64,000 nucleotides of DNA from Micavibrio sp. (GCA_002699085.1 PAAR01000028.1:80588-144587), one strand, 5' to 3'. Shown: positions 10,584 to 20,690, counted from the first letter of the stretch. Numbers and translations are program-made. Notes: generated by a model from the sequence alone, not told the origin.

Positions 10584-11540
10584 TTATTCCTTTTGAATAG
10601 AGCGCATGTTGTCAGTTGCTTCAATGAGGCGTGAACGTATTGGCGCATCGGTAGAGCTGTGGCCGCCATCTGGCACAATCACGTAATCCGCTTCAGGCCA
10701 TGCTTTATGAAGTTTGTAAGCTGTTTTGATGGGGCAAACAATATCGTAACGACCTTGAATGATGACGCCTGGTATGTGACGGATACGATCAATTTTATGT
10801 AGGATACTGTCTTTTTCTGGGATGACATGATGCATGAAATAATGCGCTTCAATGCGTGCAATGGTAAAATTATGTTGATCTTCTTTTGGATCATAGCCAC
10901 CCTGAATTTCAGGGTATAGATGTGCACATGAGCTTTCATAATTTGACCAAACACGCGCCGCTGGTAAATGTATTTTCGGGTCGGAATTTATAAGACGTTT
11001 ATAATAGGAGCCAACGATGTCCTTTTGCTCTTCTTTCGTAAGAAAACCGATAAAACGTTCGTGAAATTCTGGAAAGATGGTGTTGCCATGATTATAGAGC
11101 CAATCCACCTCATCTTGCTGCATAAGAAAAATACCACGTAGGATAAGGCTAAGGCAGCGCTTGGGATGTTCTATGGCATAAAGCAATGCGAGTGTTGAAC
11201 CCCATGATCCACCAAAGACATGCCATTTTTCTATACGGAAATGCTTACGCAAGACCTCAATATCATCGACTAAAAGCGCAGGGGTGTTTTCTTCAATGCA
11301 GCCTAAAGGCTCAGATTTGCCGCAGCCACGTTGATCAAAAAGAATAATACGGTAATGCTCTGGGTCAAAAAAACGGCGGTACTTTGGCGTTGTGCCGCCC
11401 CCTGGCCCGCCATGTAAAAAGACGACAGGTACGCCATCGGGGTTGCCCGATTGCTCCCAATAAAGTGTATGCAACTCGCTGACTTTCAAATAGCCAGAAG
11501 AATAGGGTTCGATCTCAGGATAGAATTTTTTAAGTGCCAT
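10584..11540 (-). CDS. pip: prolyl aminopeptidase (proline iminopeptidase, S33)
   Basis: 318 aa. Alpha/beta-hydrolase nucleophile elbow GGSWGSTLAL and HGGPGGG oxyanion region. Confidence 0.85.
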   Translation of the reverse strand: MALKKFYPEIEPYSSGYLKVSELHTLYWEQSGNPDGVPVVFLHGGPGGGTTPKYRRFFDPEHYRIILFDQRGCGKSEPLGCIEENTPALLVDDIEVLRKHFRIEKWHVFGGSWGSTLALLYAIEHPKRCLSLILRGIFLMQQDEVDWLYNHGNTIFPEFHERFIGFLTKEEQKDIVGSYYKRLINSDPKIHLPAARVWSNYESSCAHLYPEIQGGYDPKEDQHNFTIARIEAHYFMHHVIPEKDSILHKIDRIRHIPGVIIQGRYDIVCPIKTAYKLHKAWPEADYVIVPDGGHSSTDAPIRSRLIEATDNMRSIQKE

Positions 11541-11544
11541 AGGC

Positions 11545-12357
11545 TTACTCTAGTACTTCTAGCTGTTCAGCAAAAGTAAGTTTTATCATTGGGCCGTTAT
11601 AATCCTCAACAAAGCCACGAACACGGATTTTCTTGCCTTGCCACTCTGTTGGATTTAGGCCTGATTTAGACATCGTTTTTCGGACGTTTGAGGGGATCAT
11701 TATTGTAAAGTCAGTTTTCCAGTCTTGGCCAAAGTTAAGATACATATTGCCTCGAACAGTGGCTACTGACACGATGCTGCCTTCTACAAGCTGCATAAGA
11801 TAGCTATTTTCTGCAATTGTTTCGGGGTTAAGAATAGCATAGGTGTCCTTACCCCAAAGACCTATCTTATTTTCTCTGGCAATTGTTTCTGCCCGTAAAA
11901 GATAAGGATAGCTGGCGGCTGTATAGTCAGAAGGATAGGCATAGGCTAAACCATTTTCTAGCAGAAGCTTTTGTGCCCAGAGCCCTTCTGGGGAGACGAT
12001 TTGGGCTTGGATTTGCCCAAGACGGTTTTTGGCGTGGTCTTGTCGTGATTTTTGAGGGATATAGATAGAGGCGTTTTTATCTATAAAATGTTCTTTTAGG
12101 ATATTACGGGCAGCGACATTAAGATCGGAGGGGGTGCCTCCTTCATACTGGGCAGGGATACGGATGCCGTCTAACCTTAAAAAACTACCGTCCTCGGCTT
12201 CTAATAAATTGCCATCAACAACATTTTTGATCTTTTTGGTTGCGAGCGTAATATAGGCACTGCTTGGAAAGTTGATTGGCTCAAATTTTATGCTATCTTC
12301 TGCATGAGCAGGAATGCTCATCAGGATAAAACTGCAAAGGAATAATATTATATGCAT
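11545..12357 (-). CDS. secreted staphylococcal-nuclease (SNase/thermonuclease)-like protein, catalytic motif apparently degenerate
   Basis: 270 aa with signal peptide MHIILFLCSFILMSIPAHA. LRLDGIRIPAQ occupies the place of L.GIDAPE. Also GLWAQKLLLENGLAYAY. Confidence 0.5.
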   Translation of the reverse strand: MHIILFLCSFILMSIPAHAEDSIKFEPINFPSSAYITLATKKIKNVVDGNLLEAEDGSFLRLDGIRIPAQYEGGTPSDLNVAARNILKEHFIDKNASIYIPQKSRQDHAKNRLGQIQAQIVSPEGLWAQKLLLENGLAYAYPSDYTAASYPYLLRAETIARENKIGLWGKDTYAILNPETIAENSYLMQLVEGSIVSVATVRGNMYLNFGQDWKTDFTIMIPSNVRKTMSKSGLNPTEWQGKKIRVRGFVEDYNGPMIKLTFAEQLEVLE

Positions 12358-13815
12358 CGTTTCTCTATGCCTGCCTTTTTCAAAATATGCAATGTGGTGG
12401 CCATATTAATCACATTGGGTTCTTGTAGTTATAATCAAGCAACAGGTGAAAAACAATTCACGGCTTTTATGCCTGCCGCTAAAGAAGCGCAAATTGGCGC
12501 TCAGAACCATGCTGCCGTCCTTAAAGAATACGGCGAATATAAAGATGCAGAATTATCAGCCTATGTGAACCGCATTGGTCAGAAGCTTGCGCAATATACT
12601 GAAAGAGATGATGTCAAATATACGTTTACAGTAATTGATAGCCCTATTGTCAATGCCTTTGCAGTGCCTGGCGGTTATATTTATATATCACGCGGTTTGA
12701 TTACTTTGGCAAATAATGAAGCGGAATTGGCCTCGGTCATTGGCCATGAAATCGGCCACATTACGGCACGTCATTCGGCGCAACAGCAAAGCCAAGGCGT
12801 TTTAGCAAATATTGGTTTGGTAGCATTGTCTATCGCAACAGATACGGCTGCCGTTAGACAGGCAGGCTCATTGGGTACAGATTTGTTTTTAAAGTCCTAC
12901 TCTCGAAAACATGAAAATCAGGCAGACGAGTTGGGGATTCGTTACATCGCCAAGGCTGGCTACGACCCTTATGCCGCACAAAGCTTTCTTAGTCATTTAG
13001 AGGCGGATAGTGCTTTAGAGAAAAAGATAAAGAAAGAAACGGGTTCAATTCCTGTTTATTTCTCGACGCATCCTTTGACAGCAGATCGTGTTAGAGAAGC
13101 ATCAGTGATTGCCAGTTCTTACCCTAAAGGACAGTTTGACGATCAAAAAGTTGAGTATTTTAGATTAATAGATAATGTGACGTATGGTGATAGTGCCGAT
13201 AAGGGTTTTGTTAGAGGTCAGACATTTGTTCACCCAAATCTTGGCTTTATGTTTGATGCCCCGCAAGGGTTTGAAATTGTTAATCAGCCAAATCGTGTCA
13301 TTGCCCAGTCTCAGAATGCTGTAATTATTTTTGATGGGGCTAAGAAAAATGCCGCTCAATCTATTGAGGATTATCTGGTTAATGTCTGGAAGCGTGGTAA
13401 GACAGGCTATGACACGCCAGAACGCCTAACAATCAATGGTATGGACGCAGCGATGACATCTTATGTAGCAACCATATCAGGTCAACAAAAGCGCGTGAGA
13501 GAAGTGGCTATAGCCTACAATACAACAGATATATATCGTTTCACTTTTGTGATGGAAACCAATGCATCTATTGCAACACAAACGTCTTTAAAAGACACAA
13601 TGTATAGTTTTAAGAAAATGTCGGCTAATGACAAACTGAGATATCCGCCACAACGCATTAAGGTCTTTGTGGCTAAAGCAGGGGACACGGTTGCCCAGAA
13701 AGCTTCAATAATGCCTTTCGACGATTATAAGGAAGAGCGTTTTCGTGTGCTAAATGGTATGAGCCTGCTAGAGCCGCTCACACCAAATAGGCTTTATAAA
13801 ACAATCATTGAGTAA
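12352..13815 (+). CDS. M48-family zinc metalloprotease, probable lipoprotein
   Basis: 487 aa. HEIGHITARH (HExxH), with lipobox-like ITLGSC near the N-terminus. An alternative start is at 12367. Confidence 0.8.
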   Translation: MHRFSMPAFFKICNVVAILITLGSCSYNQATGEKQFTAFMPAAKEAQIGAQNHAAVLKEYGEYKDAELSAYVNRIGQKLAQYTERDDVKYTFTVIDSPIVNAFAVPGGYIYISRGLITLANNEAELASVIGHEIGHITARHSAQQQSQGVLANIGLVALSIATDTAAVRQAGSLGTDLFLKSYSRKHENQADELGIRYIAKAGYDPYAAQSFLSHLEADSALEKKIKKETGSIPVYFSTHPLTADRVREASVIASSYPKGQFDDQKVEYFRLIDNVTYGDSADKGFVRGQTFVHPNLGFMFDAPQGFEIVNQPNRVIAQSQNAVIIFDGAKKNAAQSIEDYLVNVWKRGKTGYDTPERLTINGMDAAMTSYVATISGQQKRVREVAIAYNTTDIYRFTFVMETNASIATQTSLKDTMYSFKKMSANDKLRYPPQRIKVFVAKAGDTVAQKASIMPFDDYKEERFRVLNGMSLLEPLTPNRLYKTIIE

Positions 13816-13821
13816 GAGTGC

Positions 13822-14709
13822 TTACGCTTCAAGTAACAGATCGTTTACGTTACGTATCTCTTTATTTAGCGTTGTGTGCAATTTTTGCATGGCACGTTGT
13901 TCAAGTTGTCTAACACGTTCTTTACTGACGCCTAACTGGCCGCCTAACGCTTCCAACGTGACGGTTTCATAACCAAGATGACGGTCTTTGATGATCTTGC
14001 GTTCACGGTCAGTCAACTTGCTAAGGGCAAGGCGAAGCCATTTCGAGCGTGCTTGCGCATCCTTGGTCCCGATAACAATTTCTTCTGGGTCAGGGCGTTC
14101 ATCAGCAATGAAGTTCAGCCATTCAGATTCGCCATCTTCAGAGACAAAAGCATTCAAAGATTGATCTCCGCCTGAAAGGCGACCTTCCATATCTTCAACT
14201 TCTTTAACTTTGACGCTTAATTTTTTAGCAATTCTTTTGCGATCATTGTCGTTTAAACCTTCACGCTCTTTTTTCCCTTCAATTTGCGCACGCAGACGAC
14301 GGAAGTTAAAAAACAGTGATTTTTGGGCGGCGGTTGTGCCTGTACGGACAATTGACCAATTTCTAAGAACATAATCTTGCATACAAGATCTGATCCACCA
14401 TGTTGCGTATGTACTAAAACGTAGGTCACGCTCAGGATCAAAACGATTGGCTGCCTGCATTAATCCGATATTGCCTTCTTGAATTAAGTCACCCATAGGC
14501 AGGCCGTAATGCTTGAATTTTGTCGCAGCGGATATAACTAGTCTTGTATACGAGGTTACAAGCTCGTGTAAAGCGCGTTCATCCTTCTGGTCACGCCAGC
14601 GACGGGCGAGGTCAAGTTCGTGTTCTTTCTCGAGTAATGGTTCTGCCATTGAACTTTTAATGTAGGCCAGATTTGCTCGTTGTGTTTGGGGATCATCGAT
14701 ATGTGCCAT
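13822..14709 (-). CDS. rpoH: RNA polymerase sigma-32 heat-shock factor
   Basis: 295 aa. Sigma-70 regions 2-4 and an RpoH-box-like QKSLFFNFRRLR. Confidence 0.9.
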   Translation of the reverse strand: MAHIDDPQTQRANLAYIKSSMAEPLLEKEHELDLARRWRDQKDERALHELVTSYTRLVISAATKFKHYGLPMGDLIQEGNIGLMQAANRFDPERDLRFSTYATWWIRSCMQDYVLRNWSIVRTGTTAAQKSLFFNFRRLRAQIEGKKEREGLNDNDRKRIAKKLSVKVKEVEDMEGRLSGGDQSLNAFVSEDGESEWLNFIADERPDPEEIVIGTKDAQARSKWLRLALSKLTDRERKIIKDRHLGYETVTLEALGGQLGVSKERVRQLEQRAMQKLHTTLNKEIRNVNDLLLEA

Positions 14710-14841
14710 TGTGTTTTATCCTTTCGGCAGTTTTTTGCGCTGCATTAAACTATTCGTAATAAAAACGACATGGTTACACTATCGTTCCAAATTTTGTCGG
14801 AATAATGACGGTATTATGGATAAATGATTATAAAGTAATGC

Positions 14842-15672
14842 TTAAATCTCGATGATATTGTCTATTTCACCACGGTGACCATCAATGAGCGCACCGATTA
14901 GTGGGCCACCAAAGCCACATCCTGCATCAAGTGTGGCGGTAACACAGTTAAGGTTCAAACCTTGGCCGTTTGGGTCGAAGCCTCTGATTACTTTGTGGAA
15001 GTTATCGTAATTGGCTGAAATATCATTAAAGTTTTTACCTGACCACCAGAAATTGTCAGTTTGCTCTGATAGATTTTTGGTCGGGTCAATGCCGGCATTC
15101 ACAAATAAAAGCGGTGCATCATCATTGCGACAGGTAAAAGCAGCTCGACGCATAGAATTGAAAAAGGCTTCATAGCCACCTCTTTTGCGGATTTTTTCAC
15201 GTAAAAGATTTGTCCAGCGAGCTGTGGCAACGACGCCTTCACGTGCCACACGGACAGCCGCTTCGGCTGAGGTGCCTAAAGCATCAAGCATTGATTCCAT
15301 GCCATTGTCGAGCACGTAACTGACAACTTGGAAAGGGTCGGGCGCAAATTGTAGTTGAAGGAGCTTGTCCCACATTTCTTCTTGAACGCCTTTAAGATAA
15401 ATAATGTCGCTTGGGACGAAACCTGGAACGGCTAAAAGCATTCGTCTAAATGTTAGGAGTTCGTCAATAGTCTCAAGTGGTGTTTTGCCGTAACCAATAT
15501 AATTGCCCAAATAGACAATGCGGTCACCAGGGGCGATTTCACTCAAAAGAGCGTCATGGATTTGGATAAGTTGCCAGACATCACTATGAATAGAAGGGAT
15601 TGTCCATATGCGAGAAGGACTGCCCAAATCAATGTATTTATTGTCGCTATCAAGTGGTAAGCAGCAGGTCAT
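14842..15672 (-). CDS. metallophosphoesterase (PPP/ApaH-like) homologue with degenerate metal-binding motifs
   Basis: 276 aa. IPSIHSD, LGNYIGYG and LKGVQEE occur at the spacing of GDxHG, GDxxDRG and GNHE. Confidence 0.55.
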   Translation of the reverse strand: MTCCLPLDSDNKYIDLGSPSRIWTIPSIHSDVWQLIQIHDALLSEIAPGDRIVYLGNYIGYGKTPLETIDELLTFRRMLLAVPGFVPSDIIYLKGVQEEMWDKLLQLQFAPDPFQVVSYVLDNGMESMLDALGTSAEAAVRVAREGVVATARWTNLLREKIRKRGGYEAFFNSMRRAAFTCRNDDAPLLFVNAGIDPTKNLSEQTDNFWWSGKNFNDISANYDNFHKVIRGFDPNGQGLNLNCVTATLDAGCGFGGPLIGALIDGHRGEIDNIIEI

Positions 15673-15787
15673 GTATTCCTTATGTAGTTTTTGTGGCCAG
15701 AACGGCTAAGAGATGTGCAAAAAAGAATCGTTTACAGAATCAGTGTAGTGCTTCACGAATCGCCGTGCAAATATTATTTTAAGATAA

Positions 15788-15817
15788 TAAAAAACCCCCG
15801 CTCATTAGCGGGGGTTT
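15788..15817 (-). terminator. intrinsic terminator downstream of carD
   Basis: The minus strand reads cccccgc-taatga-gcggggg followed by ttttttatt, about 30 nt after the carD stop. Confidence 0.8.
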
Positions 15818-15844
15818 AAAAATTTATATCTGAACGTTAAAAGC

Positions 15845-16402
15845 TTAGGCTGCTTTTGTCGCAGTTGTTAAGAAGCTTTCTAGCTGAAGTGTTGCTTCTG
15901 GCTCGCCGATCTTACGGATTGCAGCAACTTCACGTGCTAGACGCTCAAGGGCGTTTTGATATATCTGACGCTCTGAATATGATTGTTCTGTATCATCATT
16001 CGAACGCTTCAAGTCACGAAGTACTTCAGCGATAGATACAGGATCACCAGAATTGATTTTTGCTTCATATTCCTGCGCACGGCGTGACCACATCGTGCGT
16101 TTAATGCGCGAACGGCCTTCAAGTGTTTCCAATGCTTTTTTCAAACGATCTGTTGTTGCTAGCTTACGAAGGCCTGAGCTTTCAGCTTTTTGAACAGGCA
16201 ATTTTAAACGCATACGGTCTTTATCAAATTTGATTGTATAAAGAGAAATTTCCATACCGCCAATTGTTTGTGTTTCAACACCTTCAACAAGCCCTACACC
16301 ATGTACAGGGTAAACAACATGGTCACCTGTTTTAAACGATGGTGCTTTTGTTGTTGCTGTAGATGTGTTTTGATTGGCTGGTTTTGTTACAGGTTTTGTC
16401 AT
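15845..16402 (-). CDS. carD: CarD-family transcriptional regulator
   Basis: 185 aa. FKTGDHVVYPVHGVGLVEG Tudor-like RNAP-interacting domain and a helical C-terminal domain. Confidence 0.85.
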   Translation of the reverse strand: MTKPVTKPANQNTSTATTKAPSFKTGDHVVYPVHGVGLVEGVETQTIGGMEISLYTIKFDKDRMRLKLPVQKAESSGLRKLATTDRLKKALETLEGRSRIKRTMWSRRAQEYEAKINSGDPVSIAEVLRDLKRSNDDTEQSYSERQIYQNALERLAREVAAIRKIGEPEATLQLESFLTTATKAA

Positions 16403-16610
16403 GCTTTATCATCCTCTTTTTTTGTTTTTTCTACAAATAAAGAAAAAAGCTCCGTGCCACGCTAATACGCATGGTTTGTCCCTTTTTAAGCTTATGGGGA
16501 GGAAGCACTTTTCTCTTTTGCAGTACGGCATTTATATATGAATTTTTCGGAAAAAGCAACGAAAATCTCAAAATTATGTAATATAAGCTGTATTTGGTTG
16601 ATTCTAGGGC

Positions 16611-16949
16611 TTAATCGCCATCGCCTGCCGCAGGTGAGAAGTGGTCTTCATACTTATTGGCTGTGTTTTTATATTTTTCTGCATCGGGCATGGCTGGTTT
16701 TGCTTTTGTAAGGACAGGCCATTCTTCTGCATATTTACGGTTGATCTCAACCCAAGGTGCTGCCTTTTCTTCTGTGTCAGGGATAATCGCTTCAATCGGG
16801 CATTCAGGTTCGCAGACACCGCAATCAATGCATTCGTCAGGATGAATGACGAGCATATTCTCCCCTTCATAGAAGCAATCCACGGGACATACTTCTACAC
16901 AATCGGTGTATTTACACATGATACAAATATCGGTCACAACAAAAGTCAT
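16611..16949 (-). CDS. fdxA: 7Fe ferredoxin ([3Fe-4S][4Fe-4S])
   Basis: 112 aa. [17 protein letters not shown] and [12 protein letters not shown] cluster motifs. Confidence 0.9.
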   Translation of the reverse strand: MTFVVTDICIMCKYTDCVEVCPVDCFYEGENMLVIHPDECIDCGVCEPECPIEAIIPDTEEKAAPWVEINRKYAEEWPVLTKAKPAMPDAEKYKNTANKYEDHFSPAAGDGD

Positions 16950-16958
16950 AGGCTCTAT

Positions 16959-17993
16959 TTATTCATTTTTGCCGTTGGGATCAAGAGGAGAAACATCTTG
17001 GATGGTGGTTTCAGGGGATAAGCCGAGCGCTTCATCGGTTTCTTGCTTAGTGGGGCGGGCAGGTTGCATCGCAAAGATACTAAGACGTGGCATATCAGAG
17101 CGGTTCTTATATTCACGCCATAGTACCAAGATACCACTGGCAATAACAACCGCACTACCAAGGAGAACAGAAATATTAGGATGTTCACCAAAAAAGATGA
17201 TGCCGAAAATAACAGCATAAATAATGGCTAGGTAGGAAAAGGGCGAAACAAAAGCGGCGGGCGCATATTGATAAGAACGTGTTGTCCATATTTGACCGAT
17301 GCCGCCAAGAAGACCTGCCCCAATAAAGGCTGCCCATACTAAAAAACTATCAGGTGTTCTCCAATAAAAAGTCAAAAAGGCGCCAGAGCATAGGGTCGAA
17401 ATAAGTGTAAAATAAAAGACGATAGAAATAGAAGATTCAGTTTCACCTAGCTTTTTAACGATAATCATGGCTAATGCTGCAAGCACTGCCGCACATAATG
17501 CCAGTGACAAACCAATATAATTGCCCTCCATTGAGGCGCCACCTGGTTGGATCATAATAACAACGCCAGCAAAGCCGAACATAACAGCAAACCATCTAAA
17601 GGGGCCAACTTTTTCATTAAGTAGGGGTACAGCAAGCATTGTCATGGCGATAGGGGTAACAAACTGCAGTGCTGTGGCATCAGCCAAGGGCAGAAAGGCA
17701 AAGCTCCAAAATGTCAAAAACATTGAGAAAAGACCAATCAGGCTACGTGATAAGTGCCCTGAAATGTTTGTGGTGAGTAATTTATCCCAATCATTACGTT
17801 TGGTTAACATATACAGCACAGGCATCATGCCAAAGAAACAACGAAAGAACACAATTTGAATAATAGGAAAATCTTTGATTGTCAGATATTTAATACATAC
17901 AGCCATCAGTGAAAAAACAAATACACCGCCTAATGCATAGGCCACGGCTTTATGGAAGTCTTCAATTGGAGTCTCGGTAATTGTTTTAAACAT
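16959..17993 (-). CDS. EamA/DMT-family transporter
   Basis: 344 aa with about 10 TM segments in two EamA-like halves and a hydrophilic C-terminal tail. Confidence 0.75.
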   Translation of the reverse strand: MFKTITETPIEDFHKAVAYALGGVFVFSLMAVCIKYLTIKDFPIIQIVFFRCFFGMMPVLYMLTKRNDWDKLLTTNISGHLSRSLIGLFSMFLTFWSFAFLPLADATALQFVTPIAMTMLAVPLLNEKVGPFRWFAVMFGFAGVVIMIQPGGASMEGNYIGLSLALCAAVLAALAMIIVKKLGETESSISIVFYFTLISTLCSGAFLTFYWRTPDSFLVWAAFIGAGLLGGIGQIWTTRSYQYAPAAFVSPFSYLAIIYAVIFGIIFFGEHPNISVLLGSAVVIASGILVLWREYKNRSDMPRLSIFAMQPARPTKQETDEALGLSPETTIQDVSPLDPNGKNE

Positions 17994-18064
17994 GGATTTC
18001 TGCTTTTTTTACGCTAGATTAAGCATGAGAATAACAAGGTTATTAGAAAAAGAAATAAGGATTT

Positions 18065-18838
18065 ATGAAGAAGTTAGCGTGGATTACTGGGGCATCTACT
18101 GGGATAGGTGCTGAAACGGCAAAACAGCTTGCAAAGCAAGGGTGGAAGGTTGTCGTATCGGCGCGTTCAGAGGATAAGTTGATTGCTTTAGAAAAAGAAT
18201 TTCCAGGGAAAATATATGCTTATCCGTGTGATATGACGAAATCAACACAGGTCGTTGAGACTGTTCGGCGCATTGAAGATGAGGTAGGCGCAATTGATTT
18301 GGCCTTTTTAAATGCAGGGATGTTTATACCTGACACCTATGACAATTTTACAGCTGAGAATTTTAAAAGGCATTATGAGGTCAATGTATTTGGAGTTATT
18401 CATGCTGTTGCTCCAGTATTAGAGAGATTTAAACAGCGTGGCCAAGGCCATTTTGCTATGACAGCCTCGGTGGCTGGGTATCAAGGGCTGCCACGGTCAA
18501 TGTCTTATGGATCAACAAAGGCTGCACTCATTAATTTTGCTGAGAGCCTATGGATAGAGTGTCGCGATCATAATATTAAAGTGCAAGTGGTATGCCCCGG
18601 TTTTATTGAGACACCTATGACATCGGGTAATAAATTTCCTATGCCAATGAAAATGAAAGTTGATAAGGCCGTTGAAAAGCTTATAGAGGGTTTAAATTCA
18701 GACCGTTTTGAAATTACTTTTCCGCGCCCTTTCTCATGGATATTAAAAACTATTCATAGCCTGCCTTATGGATTGCGTTTATGGTTGGTGCATTGGGGCA
18801 CGCAACGTGCGATGGCAAAAGGAAAGGCTAAGCAATAG
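18065..18838 (+). CDS. short-chain dehydrogenase/reductase (SDR)
   Basis: 257 aa. TGASTGIG cofactor motif and YGSTK catalytic motif. Confidence 0.85.
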   Translation: MKKLAWITGASTGIGAETAKQLAKQGWKVVVSARSEDKLIALEKEFPGKIYAYPCDMTKSTQVVETVRRIEDEVGAIDLAFLNAGMFIPDTYDNFTAENFKRHYEVNVFGVIHAVAPVLERFKQRGQGHFAMTASVAGYQGLPRSMSYGSTKAALINFAESLWIECRDHNIKVQVVCPGFIETPMTSGNKFPMPMKMKVDKAVEKLIEGLNSDRFEITFPRPFSWILKTIHSLPYGLRLWLVHWGTQRAMAKGKAKQ

Positions 18839-19260
18839 TGGAAGACGCATTAAAAAAATATGTGACGTTTTTTGAAACGCTAACGCCGCAACGTTTGGCG
18901 TTATTGGGCAGCTATTTTGCTAAAGATGCTCGTTTTAAGGATCCTTATAATGATGTCGAGGGGCTACAAAGTATCCGTGCGGTTTTCGATCATATGTATG
19001 TCCAAGTTGATAATCCAAAATTTAAAGTGATCTATTATGCTATGTGTGATGATGGACATACGGCCTTATTGCGCTGGGATATGTTGTTTTATATGAAAGG
19101 CAAAAAACAAGTTATCTCAGGGGCAAGTGAGATTATTTTTAATAAGAAAAAGCTTGTAGTCAGCCACATAGATTATTGGGACACGGGTGAATATGTTTAT
19201 CGTAAAGTGCCTCTCCTGTCAGCCATTATCAAGATAATTGAAAAGAAGCTTCGTGCATAA
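18838..19260 (+). CDS. NTF2/SnoaL-like small protein
   Basis: 140 aa. The GTG start overlaps the SDR stop by 1 nt (TAGTG). The fold assignment from the sequence pattern is tentative. Confidence 0.5.
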   Translation: MEDALKKYVTFFETLTPQRLALLGSYFAKDARFKDPYNDVEGLQSIRAVFDHMYVQVDNPKFKVIYYAMCDDGHTALLRWDMLFYMKGKKQVISGASEIIFNKKKLVVSHIDYWDTGEYVYRKVPLLSAIIKIIEKKLRA

Positions 19261-19262
19261 TC

Positions 19263-20219
19263 TTAAAATGAAATTGTTATATTGTCTTTTTGGGTGTCTA
19301 GTTTAACAGATGACCCTAGCGGGATCGGGTAGAAGGTGTCGCTGTGCCCAAAAGGTGCATTCATAACAATCGGGATATTTAGGCCGGTCGTGTGTTCACG
19401 GATGATGTCTTCTAAAGAAAAACCAAAAGGAATCTTTCCGGTATCTTGAAGATGTGTGAATGTGCCGAAAATAATGCCTGCTAAATTCTCAAAAGGTAAG
19501 GCGCGTTTGAGTTGTAATAACGCACGATCAATGCGGCTGGTTTCTTCATAAGTGTCTTCTAGTAGTAAAATTTTGCCTTTAGCGTCAGGCATATATTCTG
19601 TGCCGATAAGTGCCTGAAAGGCTGTTAATGTGCCGCCAATAACGGTTGCTGTTGCTGTGCTTTCAGCGATTGTCTTGGCGTTCGATAGATTGTATTTTAT
19701 TGTTTTTCCTTGTAGAATGTCTCCCAAATAATTTATAGATGTTTTGTCGATGTTTTGGAGATAAAGAGCTGTTGGGCCAAAAATTGAGCTGATCCCCGTT
19801 CTGGTCAAAAGAGCATTTTGTAAGATTGTCGTGTCACTAAATCCAATAAAAGGTTTGGGATTTTTTTCAACGCATTGCCAATTAATATGCTCGAGCATAT
19901 GGCTACTCCGATTACCACCACTTACTGCCATAATGGCCTTGATGCTGTTATCTGTTAAAAGATCATGGAAGGCGGTTGCTTTATCTTCTGCGCTCCCAGC
20001 GGATTGATTAAGGCGCATAGAGGTTTGAGGGTGCACAAAAACCTGAAAACCTATTTTCTCAATGATTGTTTGAGCATGAGTGAGCTTATTCATGTCCACA
20101 TAACTACTGGGGGCGAAGATACCTATTGTATCACCTTTATTGAGCTTGAAATCAGATGAGGGCTGCGTCATGCTTAAATGAGACCATGATTGAAGTGATT
20201 TTACAATAGAGTTGAACAT
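19263..20219 (-). CDS. ldcA: LD-carboxypeptidase (peptidase S66, LdcA-like)
   Basis: 318 aa. GDTIGIFAPSS, GFSDTT (nucleophile Ser) and a C-terminal GH motif. A probable alternative start is Met17 (20171). Confidence 0.75.
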   Translation of the reverse strand: MFNSIVKSLQSWSHLSMTQPSSDFKLNKGDTIGIFAPSSYVDMNKLTHAQTIIEKIGFQVFVHPQTSMRLNQSAGSAEDKATAFHDLLTDNSIKAIMAVSGGNRSSHMLEHINWQCVEKNPKPFIGFSDTTILQNALLTRTGISSIFGPTALYLQNIDKTSINYLGDILQGKTIKYNLSNAKTIAESTATATVIGGTLTAFQALIGTEYMPDAKGKILLLEDTYEETSRIDRALLQLKRALPFENLAGIIFGTFTHLQDTGKIPFGFSLEDIIREHTTGLNIPIVMNAPFGHSDTFYPIPLGSSVKLDTQKDNITISF

Positions 20220-20690
20220 ATGCAGTTATCGAAGAATATAACATTGGATCAAATGATTGCCTCTAAAGTAGCGCAAGAAAAAGGCTTCGATAATACAGCT
20301 CCAACAGAAATTATCACGAATTTACAACAATTAGCAGAAAAGATTTTAGAGCCTGTTCTTGCTCATTTTGGTGGCGTGTTAGATATTACATCTGGCTATC
20401 GCTGTAAGGCTTTAAATGATTGTTTAGGTAGTTCGGATGGTTCTCAGCATTGTTTAGGCGAGGCGGTAGATTTTGGGATAATAGACACTGATATTTACGA
20501 TATAGCCGCATGGATCGTTGACAACCTCGATTTCGATCATTTGATTTTAGAAAAATATAATCCGCAAGATCTCAATAAAGGTTGGGTGCATTGCAGCTAC
20601 CGCCATACGCAACCTAATCGTAAAATTATTCAAACATTTGATGGCAAAATCTATCACGATGGTTTGCTTAAATTACCGCTTCAAGGATAA
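20220..20690 (+). CDS. peptidase M15A-type zinc D-Ala-D-Ala carboxypeptidase-family hydrolase
   Basis: 156 aa. ITSGYRC...SQHCLGEAVDF (H-x6-D) and WVHCSY zinc ligand pattern. Confidence 0.7.
   Translation: MQLSKNITLDQMIASKVAQEKGFDNTAPTEIITNLQQLAEKILEPVLAHFGGVLDITSGYRCKALNDCLGSSDGSQHCLGEAVDFGIIDTDIYDIAAWIVDNLDFDHLILEKYNPQDLNKGWVHCSYRHTQPNRKIIQTFDGKIYHDGLLKLPLQG

Noticed and set aside
16641-17021. Several ORFs of 60-126 aa on both strands across the fdxA region (16604..16870, 16641..17021, 16657..16845, 16906..17220, 16955..17218).
   Set aside because: They all overlap fdxA or the EamA transporter, which carry unambiguous family motifs. These are alternative-frame artefacts.
20220-20690. Peptidase M15A considered as a prophage endolysin remnant.
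   Set aside because: No holin, terminase, capsid, tail or integrase gene nearby. It is paired divergently with an LD-carboxypeptidase, which is consistent with peptidoglycan turnover.
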